From Candidatus Nanopelagicales bacterium (lineage in GTDB: Bacteria > Actinomycetota > Actinomycetes > Nanopelagicales > Nanopelagicaceae): a stretch of 64,000 nt of DNA. Shown piece by piece: positions 44,923 through 53,418 of this stretch. The position numbers and the translations under genes were made by a program. The notes under the pieces were generated by a model that ran no database searches, was not told where the DNA came from, and saw nothing but the letters and a program-made list of their open reading frames with translations. The stretch covers positions 18,117-82,116 of the forward strand of contig JBBQRL010000001.1 in assembly GCA_038214925.1 (NCBI GenBank), in the 5' to 3' direction. Every line of letters begins with the position of its first letter. Position 1 is the first letter of the stretch.

Positions 44923-46371
44923 TTAACCAACCCAAGTATTGATTGGTGAAGACAAGAAGTAGACCATAAATAATCCGGCGATAATCCACAGTAGGGCGTG
45001 AATCTCTTTTGCCCGGCCTTGAAATAAACGAATTACTACGTATGAAACAAAACCAGCGCCAATTCCGACGGTGATGTTGTACGTAAATGGCATCAAAATA
45101 ATCGTTAAGAATGCAGGAATCGCAATTCCCATATCTTCCCAATCGATATTTTTGATCTGTGTCATCATTAAGAATCCAACGATGATGAGTGCAGGTGTGG
45201 CTGCCTCGTAAGGGATTACGTTTACTAACGGTGAGAGCACAGTTGTTAGTAGGAAGAGCACTCCCGTGACAACTGAAGCCAATCCGGTACGAGCACCTTC
45301 GCCAACTCCTGATGCGGATTCGATATATGAAGTATTGGAGGAAACTCCAGCTGCGCCACCTGCTGCAGCTGCAACTGAGTCAACTAACAAAATACGCTTC
45401 ACGTTAGGGACGTTTCCTTCTTTATCGATCAAACCTGCTTCATGTCCGATCGCTGTCATTGTTCCCATAGTGTCAAAGAAATCAGCGAGTAATAATGTGA
45501 AGACGATCAACGCCGCTGAAACAAAGCCAATTTTTGAAAAAGAACCGAGCAGATTAAATTGACCTAGAAGGTCAAAGTTTGGTGTGGCAATAACATCGGT
45601 TGGAACTGATGGAACGTTGAGACCCCAACCCTTTGGATTAATGAAATCTTTACCATCGGCGGTAAATGCACCAGGAACATAATTTGTTCCAACTTTAAAC
45701 GCCTTTTCAATAATGATTGAAAGTACGGTTGCTAGGGTAATTCCGATGAGCAGAGCACCCTTAACTTTTTTCACCATTAAAATGACCATGGTAAAGAAAC
45801 CGACGATAAAGACAATAATTGGCCAGCCGATTAGAGATGTTCCATCTCCAAGAGTGACTGGAACTGGCCCAGTGCCGGTACGACGTACAAAACCGGCATC
45901 GACTAGTCCGATAAGGGCGATGAATAGCCCGATACCAACTGAGATCGCGACTTTGAGTTGAACCGGAACTGCCTTGAAAACCGCAGTTCTAAATCCGGTC
46001 AATACCAAAACCAGAATGATGAGTCCTTCTAGAACGACTAGACCCATTGCATCTGCCCAGGTCATACGTGATGCGATGCCGTAAGCAACGAAAGTGTTAA
46101 GTCCAAGACCAGTTGCAATTGCAAGTGGGAAATTACCAACGACTCCCATCAAAAGCGTCATGACGCCAGCGACAAGTGCCGTTGCAGCAGCAATCTTTGC
46201 CATGCCGCCGTCGCCACCAAGTGATGCACCAGTACTATCTTTGGCACCGCCCAAGATAATTGGATTGAGAACCACGATGTATGCCATCGTAAAGAAGGTA
46301 ACAACTCCACCGCGAACTTCGCGACCTAGGGTCGAGCCTCGCTCTGAGATTTTGAAAAATGAATCCAACAT
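44923..46371 (-). CDS. NCS2-family nucleobase permease (AzgA/PbuG-like adenine/guanine/hypoxanthine transporter)
   Basis: Start MLDSFFKISERGSTLGREVRGG.. is typical of AzgA-type permeases. About 13 TM segments. The internal ATG at 46371 is preferred over 46422. Confidence 0.88.
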   Translation of the reverse strand: MLDSFFKISERGSTLGREVRGGVVTFFTMAYIVVLNPIILGGAKDSTGASLGGDGGMAKIAAATALVAGVMTLLMGVVGNFPLAIATGLGLNTFVAYGIASRMTWADAMGLVVLEGLIILVLVLTGFRTAVFKAVPVQLKVAISVGIGLFIALIGLVDAGFVRRTGTGPVPVTLGDGTSLIGWPIIVFIVGFFTMVILMVKKVKGALLIGITLATVLSIIIEKAFKVGTNYVPGAFTADGKDFINPKGWGLNVPSVPTDVIATPNFDLLGQFNLLGSFSKIGFVSAALIVFTLLLADFFDTMGTMTAIGHEAGLIDKEGNVPNVKRILLVDSVAAAAGGAAGVSSNTSYIESASGVGEGARTGLASVVTGVLFLLTTVLSPLVNVIPYEAATPALIIVGFLMMTQIKNIDWEDMGIAIPAFLTIILMPFTYNITVGIGAGFVSYVVIRLFQGRAKEIHALLWIIAGLFMVYFLSSPINTWVG

Positions 46372-46458
46372 GAATTCAGCCTTTCTAATTTTTTTAACGG
46401 GGGTGTTTGCGACCCCGTGCACGAAAGAGGCGTGCAGCCTTGGGAAGATTCCAGCCTA

Positions 46459-47127
46459 TTAGTTCCTGTGGGTTAACCGAGAGATGACACCCAGGTTTAT
46501 CGCAATGGATTGCCCGATTAAGCCGGCAAAGAGGAGCGTTCCAACGCCCACGGTTCCGCCTAATAAGGCACCCAGCACAAGGACCGTTCCTTCGATCCCG
46601 AGCCGAACGCGGCCAATCCGGACTCCAGTGCGAATGTTGAGCGCCGTCATCAAGCCATCGCGTGGGCCAGGTCCTAAACCGCAGGTTATATAAAGGGCCG
46701 AACCTAATCCCACCATGAAAATTCCGATCAAGACCATAGCAAGTGAGACCACGTAGTTATTTTCAGTTGGAAAAATCGAAACGCCTACTTGGATCGCAGT
46801 TGCAATAATGAAGATATTTGAAATCGTGCCAAACCCAGGCTTCTCTCGCAATGGTATCCACAGCAGTAAGACGATGGTACTGATTGCAAATGTTGACCAG
46901 CCCAAAGTTATATCTAGCCGATTAGATATCCCTTGCGCAAGCACTGACCACGGTGCATTACCAATTGAGCTTTGAATCAAGAGTGAATCACCTAAACCGA
47001 AAATGAAAAGACCAAAAAATAAAACAAAGATTCTCTTCGGGTTTAGATCCCATCTTGATGTTGCAGTCCATGGGGTGAGCGGAACAGTTTTGTGTGGACG
47101 CAAAAAATTTAAGAAACCGTTAGACAT
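46459..47127 (-). CDS. YczE/YitT-like integral membrane protein (function unknown)
   Basis: 222 aa, about 6 TM segments. Motifs ..GLGDSLLIQSSIGNAPWSVL.. and ..GLGPGPRDGLM.. recall the YczE family. Confidence 0.6.
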   Translation of the reverse strand: MSNGFLNFLRPHKTVPLTPWTATSRWDLNPKRIFVLFFGLFIFGLGDSLLIQSSIGNAPWSVLAQGISNRLDITLGWSTFAISTIVLLLWIPLREKPGFGTISNIFIIATAIQVGVSIFPTENNYVVSLAMVLIGIFMVGLGSALYITCGLGPGPRDGLMTALNIRTGVRIGRVRLGIEGTVLVLGALLGGTVGVGTLLFAGLIGQSIAINLGVISRLTHRN

Positions 47128-47163
47128 GATGTAAGTATAACGAGACCTGGGTATGATGTACGA
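47128..47163. promoter_or_regulatory. 36-bp divergent spacer with two back-to-back -10-like boxes, each 6 nt from a start codon (leaderless geometry)
   Basis: Plus strand: TATGAT (47152-57), N6, then the ATG at 47164. Minus strand: TATACT (complement of 47134-39), N6, then the ATG at 47127. Neither side has an SD-like purine run. Confidence 0.4.
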
Positions 47164-47895
47164 ATGTTTCCAGGTATTGGTACGATTTTAAATATCATCA
47201 CGATTATTGGTGGTGCTTCTATCGGTGTCCTTGTTGGTAATCGGATGCGCACTTCAACTCGAACATTGCTTACCGATGTCTTAGGTCTAGTCACACTTTT
47301 AGGCGCGGCTTCGGCGCTAATTCCTTTGTGGTCACAGCGCTACATAGATTCAATGCCGCAAGGCTGGACCCTATTGGTCGTTCTCGGTTCTTTATTAATC
47401 GGTGGCTTAATTGGCTCCCTATTGGGATTAGAGAATCGGTTCGATGGACTAGGGGAGAAGCTGCGCATTAAATTTAAAGCTTCTAGTGACTCGCCATTTG
47501 TGGAAGGCTTTGTTTCAGCTTCTTTACTTTTTGCGATTGGGCCGCTTGCGATTTTAGGAAGTATTAGTGACGGTATGGGTACCGGAATAGATCAACTTAT
47601 TTTGAAAAGCACGCTCGACTTTTTCGCCGCGATGGCATTTGCCACATCACTCGGTTGGGGTGTGGCCGTTTCCGCTATTCCAGTTGGAATCTACCAAGGT
47701 ATCTGGACCCTGATCGGACTTGGCCTAGGCGAGATCCTTTCCGGATATCAAGTAGATGCCATGACCATAGTTGGTGGCATTATGTTGATTTGTATCGCGC
47801 TTCGACTTTTGAATATCAAGCAAGTAGCAGTCGGCAATCTTTTACCAGCTTTAGCTATCGCCCCATTACTGGCTTTGGCCGTGCACTCTTTTTAG
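47164..47895 (+). CDS. DUF554-family integral membrane protein
   Basis: N-terminus MFPGIGTILNIITIIGGASIGVLVG.. and a repeated TM architecture typical of DUF554 (YdfK/YqgA-like). Confidence 0.7.
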   Translation: MFPGIGTILNIITIIGGASIGVLVGNRMRTSTRTLLTDVLGLVTLLGAASALIPLWSQRYIDSMPQGWTLLVVLGSLLIGGLIGSLLGLENRFDGLGEKLRIKFKASSDSPFVEGFVSASLLFAIGPLAILGSISDGMGTGIDQLILKSTLDFFAAMAFATSLGWGVAVSAIPVGIYQGIWTLIGLGLGEILSGYQVDAMTIVGGIMLICIALRLLNIKQVAVGNLLPALAIAPLLALAVHSF

Positions 47896-48932
47896 AATGT
47901 GCTTGCGTCAATCACGAAGCGATACTTCACATCACTTGCCACCGTACGTACGTATGCCTGATTTATGTAATCGGCTTTAATAACTTCTACATCGCTGACG
48001 ATATTGTTTTCACCGCAGAAATTAAGCATCTCCTGTAGTTGAGCGACTCCACCGATCATGGAACCAGCGATACGACGGCGACCATTGAGAAGCGTTCCGG
48101 CATGCACTGAATAAGGCTTTCCAGGCAAACCAATAACAACAAGGGTGCCGTCTAATTTCAACAATTTTAGATAATCATCTATTACTAGTTCAGCACTGAC
48201 GGTGTTAAGAATAAGATCAAATTTCTTTTCTAACGGCGCTAGATTTGCTGGATCTTTTGTTGAAACAAAGTGATCTGCTCCCATCGACAACGCATCGTCT
48301 TTTTTATTCGGAGAATGAGAAAGAACGGTTACTTCGGCGCCCATAGCCGCGGCAAATTTCACTCCCATATGACCTAAACCGCCAAGTCCCATCACTGCTA
48401 CCTGCATTCCGGGACCAATATTCCAATTTTTAATAGGGGAGTACAAAGTGATTCCAGCACACAGCAACGGTGCCACACCATCGAGGGGAAGATTCTTCGG
48501 GATTGTTACCGCATAATCTTCATTGACCACAAATAGATTTGAGTAACCACCCATTGCAACGGTCTTACCGTCGCGTTCCAGGCCGTTATACGTGCCAGTC
48601 ATTCCTTCGAGGCAATATTGCTGTAGACCCTGCAGGCAACTTGAACATTTGCGACAGGAATCAATAAAGACACCCACGCCGATGGCATCGCCAACTTTAA
48701 ATTTAGTGACCTCGCTACCAACGGCGCTTACGTATCCTGCGATTTCGTGGCCGGGAACCATTGGGAATAGCGCTGGTCCCCATTCTTCGGCTACCTGGTG
48801 AATATCGCTGTGACAAATTCCAGCAAATGAAATAGTGAGAGCAACGTCTTTTGCACCTAATTCACGCCGTTCAAATTCAAAAGGCTCCAGTTGTGAACCT
48901 GCGGTTAATGCTGCGTAGCCACGTGTTTTCAT
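47892..48932 (-). CDS. Zn-dependent NAD(P)-alcohol dehydrogenase (cinnamyl-alcohol dehydrogenase / YahK-like)
   Basis: GICHSD..H, GHEIAG, structural-Zn Cys cluster (CRKCSSCLQGLQQYC), GLGGLGH Rossmann. The ATG at 48932 is preceded by AAGGAG inside the tdk 3' end. Confidence 0.9.
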   Translation of the reverse strand: MKTRGYAALTAGSQLEPFEFERRELGAKDVALTISFAGICHSDIHQVAEEWGPALFPMVPGHEIAGYVSAVGSEVTKFKVGDAIGVGVFIDSCRKCSSCLQGLQQYCLEGMTGTYNGLERDGKTVAMGGYSNLFVVNEDYAVTIPKNLPLDGVAPLLCAGITLYSPIKNWNIGPGMQVAVMGLGGLGHMGVKFAAAMGAEVTVLSHSPNKKDDALSMGADHFVSTKDPANLAPLEKKFDLILNTVSAELVIDDYLKLLKLDGTLVVIGLPGKPYSVHAGTLLNGRRRIAGSMIGGVAQLQEMLNFCGENNIVSDVEVIKADYINQAYVRTVASDVKYRFVIDASTF

Positions 48933-48934
48933 TG

Positions 48935-49579
48935 TTACTCCTTGAACGGTAGGGGTTGAGAAGATGTATGAGCAGCTTGTGATTTTCTGGCCGTAACTTG
49001 GCGCATATGATGACGCCGGCATAAGACTTCGTAGGCGACATCAGCATCTGGTGCAACATCTCCGACAACAACTTGTTCGCCTTCAATCACCATGACACCT
49101 CCTACGGTTCGTGCATTGTGCGTTGCCCGTGAACCACACCAGCAAAGAGCCTCAACTTGAAGGGTATTCACCCGATCTGCGAGTTCAACCAAACGAGCTG
49201 AACCCGGAAACAGCGAAGTACGAAAGTCGGTCAAAATCCCAAACGCGAAAACGTCAATGCCTAATCCGTCGGTGATTCGAGCCAACTGATCAATTTGAAT
49301 TCGTTCATAAAATTGCGCCTCATCACAAATAATATAATCGATTCGATCCCCAACGGATAAATGATCAACTACAAATTTATGTAGATCCAGATCAGGCGTT
49401 ACCTCTATCGCTGGACTCGATAAGCCAAGTCGAGAAGAGATCGTTCCACTACCGGCACGGTCCTTGTTGGTGAAAATCAGGCCAGTTCGGCCACGAGATT
49501 GATGGTTGTGCGCAGTTTGCAGGGCCAATGTTGATTTACCGCTATCCATCGTTCCGCAGTAATAAATTAACTCAGCCAT
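48935..49579 (-). CDS. tdk: Thymidine kinase
   Basis: P-loop GTMDSGKST, DEAQF, and C-terminal Zn Cys pairs (CWCG....CRRH). Confidence 0.95.
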   Translation of the reverse strand: MAELIYYCGTMDSGKSTLALQTAHNHQSRGRTGLIFTNKDRAGSGTISSRLGLSSPAIEVTPDLDLHKFVVDHLSVGDRIDYIICDEAQFYERIQIDQLARITDGLGIDVFAFGILTDFRTSLFPGSARLVELADRVNTLQVEALCWCGSRATHNARTVGGVMVIEGEQVVVGDVAPDADVAYEVLCRRHHMRQVTARKSQAAHTSSQPLPFKE

Positions 49580-49599
49580 TGCCGCATCCTGCCACAGCT

Positions 49600-51447
49600 C
49601 TACGAAAAAATCCCAATATCACTTAAGGCCGCTTCTAATCGCTTTCGTGCCGAGATTGCAGCAGCTACCGAAATGTGGGAACTATCGCGATAGACAACAA
49701 ATCCATCTTTAATCGCTGGACAGATCGAGGTACAAAACCATGGATTTGGATCTATTCTTTTAAAGCCTTCAATAATTTGAAGTGGAGTTTTTTCAGATGA
49801 GTCACATGAATCCGAGTTTTTAGATGCTAAACAGTTTGGTATATCGGTTACCGGTTTAGGTGTATCTGCGATGTATATCAAATATGGTGAACTCTGCTTT
49901 ACCGCGGATAAAAGTTTTTCTTGACCATTTCTCCACCATGTTTGCCTATCCTTTGCAGAACTTGGAGGTCGGTAATACTGGAATGAACTCATGATGAGAG
50001 CGGCTGGTTTTATTTCGTTGATTCTCTGGACGGAGTTGGATCGCCATTCATTACAATCTTTACTCTTATATGCACCCTGATCATCACGATCGGCGGCTAC
50101 GGATGAACAAGCCGACTTCGTCAAGGATATTAATTTGTACCCTCTATCTCGCGCAATTACATCTAGTGCTGGAAACCACTGTGCCGCGTGCGAATCGCCA
50201 TACAGGACGATCGTTTTCGTCGAATTAAGATCGCCATAGGTGCATTCGCCTGATTTATTTTCGCCAAAATTTACGTGACAACCATCTCCATAAATAACCG
50301 GCTTTATAACAACATCATTTAAATCAAAGATATACCTGCCATCTTTAGTCGTTATCTGCGACGAAGATGTTGCTGCGATAGCTATCCCTGAAAATAGCGA
50401 AATCGCCGTAGTCAAGGCGAAGCCTCGGTAAATGAATTGTTTAGAGAATTTACGATGGCGAAGGGGCGCTTCTACCCACTTACTTGTGAAGTGTGCCAAA
50501 AATACAGTTAACACGATACACATCATGCTTTCCGTAATTCGAAGTGGACGACCAAGGGCGCTACTTGGTAGAACTAATGCTGGCCAGTGCCAAAGATAGA
50601 GTGGGTATGAAATTGCGCCAAGCCACTGCATCAACTTATTGTTACTTAAGTCATTGAAAAATCTAGGCCACACATTTATGGATCCAATTAAAATCGCGGT
50701 TCCAAGAACTGGAATGAGTGCTAACGAACCAGGAAAGGCGGTAGTTTCGTCAAAAGCTAAGGATGAGAAAGCCAGCGCAAAGAAACCAAGCCATGGTAAA
50801 AAACGATTTCGCAACGCATCTTTTGGAAGAAAGAGAAGTAGTGCGCCAAAACCCAATTCCCAAGCGCGAGTGGGAAGTGAATAGAAGGCCCAAATAGGGG
50901 CGGCCTGCGTAAGGTAGATCGAGAAAAGAAGAGAAGCAAGTGTTGAAATCGCTATTCCTAGAAAAATAATTCGCCGGCCGAACTTCGCAAGAAACACAAT
51001 GAAGATTGGCCAAATGAGATAAAACTGTTCCTCAACTGCAAGTGACCAATAATGAATAAAAGGCGATGGTGTGGCATTCAAATTTTGATAATCATTTTCC
51101 CACCACGCAAAAAGATAATTAGAGCTATAAGTAGCCGCAGCAAAGAGATCACGACCCAAAGCATCTCTTGTGATCGCTGGCAGGATGAAGAATCCAATAA
51201 TCGCGGTGACAAAGAGAACAAAGACTGAAGTTGGAAGTAAGCGTTTAATACGCCGCTGGTAAAATTCACTTAGGTTGAGCGTTCCGGTTGTTTCAATTTC
51301 GCGAAGTATCAAACCTGTAATAAGAAAGCCAGAGATTACGTAGAAGATATCAACACCAATAAAGCCACCCGGCATAAGACGAGCGTGGAAGATGGTGACG
51401 AGTAACGCTGCAACAGCGCGTAGACCCTGAATTTGGGGGATTCGCAC
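49600..51447 (-). CDS. Acyltransferase-3 (OafA-like) membrane O-acyltransferase fused to a C-terminal SGNH-like domain
   Basis: N-terminal roughly 340 aa with about 10 TM segments, starting IPQIQGLRAVAALLV..H (AT3 signature). The C-terminal soluble domain has ..LYGDSHAAQW.. (GDSH). Confidence 0.85.
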   Translation of the reverse strand: MRIPQIQGLRAVAALLVTIFHARLMPGGFIGVDIFYVISGFLITGLILREIETTGTLNLSEFYQRRIKRLLPTSVFVLFVTAIIGFFILPAITRDALGRDLFAAATYSSNYLFAWWENDYQNLNATPSPFIHYWSLAVEEQFYLIWPIFIVFLAKFGRRIIFLGIAISTLASLLFSIYLTQAAPIWAFYSLPTRAWELGFGALLLFLPKDALRNRFLPWLGFFALAFSSLAFDETTAFPGSLALIPVLGTAILIGSINVWPRFFNDLSNNKLMQWLGAISYPLYLWHWPALVLPSSALGRPLRITESMMCIVLTVFLAHFTSKWVEAPLRHRKFSKQFIYRGFALTTAISLFSGIAIAATSSSQITTKDGRYIFDLNDVVIKPVIYGDGCHVNFGENKSGECTYGDLNSTKTIVLYGDSHAAQWFPALDVIARDRGYKLISLTKSACSSVAADRDDQGAYKSKDCNEWRSNSVQRINEIKPAALIMSSFQYYRPPSSAKDRQTWWRNGQEKLLSAVKQSSPYLIYIADTPKPVTDIPNCLASKNSDSCDSSEKTPLQIIEGFKRIDPNPWFCTSICPAIKDGFVVYRDSSHISVAAAISARKRLEAALSDIGIFS

Positions 51448-51449
51448 GC

Positions 51450-51977
51450 CTAGGAAACTACCAGCGAAGTTATGGATATGTGTGGATATTTTGCTGTGAG
51501 ATTTAGCCGTCCAGGCAGATCTGCGATCTCTAAAAGAGCGAGTACGTGAATTACTTCACCGCCCAATCGTTGAATCAATTCAATCGCCGCGGCAATCGTC
51601 CCGCCAGTGGCCAACACGTCATCGATCAGAAGAACTTTGCTTCCGGCCACGATGGCATCAGAGTGAATCTCTAATGTATCGCTGCCGTATTCAAGGCCAT
51701 AACTCTCGGCAATCGTCGTAAATGGAAGTTTGCCAGCTTTGCGAATTGGTATAAAACCTGATTTCAAGTCATTGGCAACAGCAGATGCGAAGATGAAACC
51801 ACGGGCTTCGATTCCCGCAATCACAGTGGATGTGTCCCCGTATGTTGCGAATTTTTCAGTGATGCAATTAAATGCTGCACCATTTGCTAGTAAGGGCGTA
51901 ATGTCCTGAAAACGGACTCCCGGAATTGGATAGTCAGGTATTTCGCGAATGAGCGAGAGCGCCGAATCAATATGCAT
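51450..51977 (-). CDS. apt: Adenine phosphoribosyltransferase
   Basis: ..IPDYPIPGVRFQDITPLL.. and PRPP motif VLLIDDVLATGGT. 175 aa. This is the only plausible start codon. Confidence 0.93.
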   Translation of the reverse strand: MHIDSALSLIREIPDYPIPGVRFQDITPLLANGAAFNCITEKFATYGDTSTVIAGIEARGFIFASAVANDLKSGFIPIRKAGKLPFTTIAESYGLEYGSDTLEIHSDAIVAGSKVLLIDDVLATGGTIAAAIELIQRLGGEVIHVLALLEIADLPGRLNLTAKYPHISITSLVVS

Positions 51978-51978
51978 G

Positions 51979-52062
51979 TGTCCGAGAGGGGACTTGAACC
52001 CCTAATCCCTTGCGGGAACTAACACCTCAAGCTAGCGCGTCTGCCAATTCCGCCACCCGGAC
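51979..52062 (-). tRNA. tRNA-Leu (anticodon GAG), class II with long variable arm; CCA not encoded
   Basis: Manual fold of the minus strand. Acceptor GTCCGGG/CTCGGAC, D arm GCG-GAATTGGCAGA-CGC, anticodon arm CTAGC-TTGAGGT-GTTAG, a roughly 15-nt variable arm, T arm AGGGG-TTCAAGT-CCCCT, discriminator A. Confidence 0.92.
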
Positions 52063-52104
52063 TGAGTGCTGGCAAAGGATAGCAATTGGGTGCAAAATAG
52101 CGAA

Positions 52105-53418
52105 ATGACCAACACAGAACACTCGCAATTAGAACTCGAAACCATCAAAATATGTCAAGCGCTAATCAGGATCCCAAGTGTTAATTTTGGTGATGGCAAA
52201 GGAGATGAGAAAGCCGTTGCCGACTATGTCGTTAACTTACTTTCTGAAGTAGGTATCGAGTCACAGGTATATGAAACTGCGCCAGGTCGTTGCAATGTAA
52301 TCGCCCGAATTAAAGGTTCTAATCCAAATCGTCCGGGTCTAGTTGTGCACGGACATTTAGATGTTGTTCCCGCTAACGCAGCAGATTGGTCAGTCGATCC
52401 ATTTTCTGGTGAGATAAAAGATGGTTTTATCTGGGGCCGGGGCGCCGTTGACATGAAAAATATGGATGCAATGATCTTGGCAACTGTAAGAGCATGGAAG
52501 CGCGATAATTACACACCAGAGCGCGATATCGTTTTAGCGTTTTTTGCCGACGAAGAAGCTGGCAGTATTTTCGGTTCACGCTTTATGGTTAAAAATCATC
52601 CAGAAGTTTTTGCTGGTTGCAGCGAGGCAGTTTCAGAAGTCGGTGGATTTTCAGTAACGGTTGCTGGCGGAAAACGTCTTTATCTGATTGAAACCGCAGA
52701 AAAAGGTATTCACTGGATGAAGTTAACTGCACTTGGTCGCGCTGGTCATGGATCGGTCATGAATAACGAAAATGCTGTGACTCGATTAGCAGATGCAGTA
52801 AGCAAGATTGGCAATTACCAATGGCCACAGCGCTATAGCACAACTGTTAAGGCGTTCTTCAAAAGAATTTCAGAAGTGACGGGCAAGCCTTACGATGAAA
52901 AGGATTTACGTCCGCTGTTAGAAGAAGTTGGTTTTGCGGCACGTATGATCGGTGCCACCTTACAAAACACGGCAAATCCATCGATGCTAGAAGCTGGATA
53001 TAAAGCAAATGTAATTCCTGGTTCGGCAACTGCAGTCATCGATGGTCGATTTATTCCAGGGTATGAAGAAGAACTCAATGAAACAATCCGAACACTCATC
53101 GGGGAACATGTGACAGTTGAAACTATTACTCGCGACAAGGCGCTAGAGGTTCCATTCGAGGGAGATTTAGTAGCAGCGATGTGTAATGCGCTGATTAAGG
53201 AAGACGCTGTTGCGATCCCGGTCCCATATGTCATGAGCGGTGGCACCGACAATAAAGCATTGGCCGATCTTGGAATAATTGGTTACGGCTTTTCACCACT
53301 CAAACTTGATGCAGATTTTGACTTTATGGCGATGTTTCATGGAGTCGACGAGCGGGTCCCTATCGAAGGTTTAACTTTTGGTGTTCGCGTCTTGAAAGAG
53401 TTTCTAGAAAAAGCTTAG
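52105..53418 (+). CDS. M20-family metallopeptidase (dipeptidase / DapE-ArgE-like)
   Basis: ..VVHGHLDVVP.., ..GRGAVDMK.., ..ADEEAGS.. metal-ligand motifs. The internal ATG at 52105 is preferred because the longer ORF would abut the tRNA. Confidence 0.85.
   Translation: MTNTEHSQLELETIKICQALIRIPSVNFGDGKGDEKAVADYVVNLLSEVGIESQVYETAPGRCNVIARIKGSNPNRPGLVVHGHLDVVPANAADWSVDPFSGEIKDGFIWGRGAVDMKNMDAMILATVRAWKRDNYTPERDIVLAFFADEEAGSIFGSRFMVKNHPEVFAGCSEAVSEVGGFSVTVAGGKRLYLIETAEKGIHWMKLTALGRAGHGSVMNNENAVTRLADAVSKIGNYQWPQRYSTTVKAFFKRISEVTGKPYDEKDLRPLLEEVGFAARMIGATLQNTANPSMLEAGYKANVIPGSATAVIDGRFIPGYEEELNETIRTLIGEHVTVETITRDKALEVPFEGDLVAAMCNALIKEDAVAIPVPYVMSGGTDNKALADLGIIGYGFSPLKLDADFDFMAMFHGVDERVPIEGLTFGVRVLKEFLEKA

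Noticed and set aside
46372-46458. Possible purine, guanine or xanthine riboswitch upstream of the NCS2 permease.
   Set aside because: The region is too short for a three-way junction. It lacks the conserved purine-riboswitch core (for example the U/A-rich J1-2, J2-3 and J3-1 junctions and kissing loops). Only two simple hairpins are present.
47892-52062. Genomic island integrated at the 3' end of tRNA-Leu.
   Set aside because: There is no integrase, excisionase or phage or plasmid gene. I found no direct repeat of the tRNA 3' segment in the candidate boundaries I could scan by eye (44870-44922, 46372-46458, 47128-47163). The cargo is housekeeping salvage and redox genes packed as an operon.
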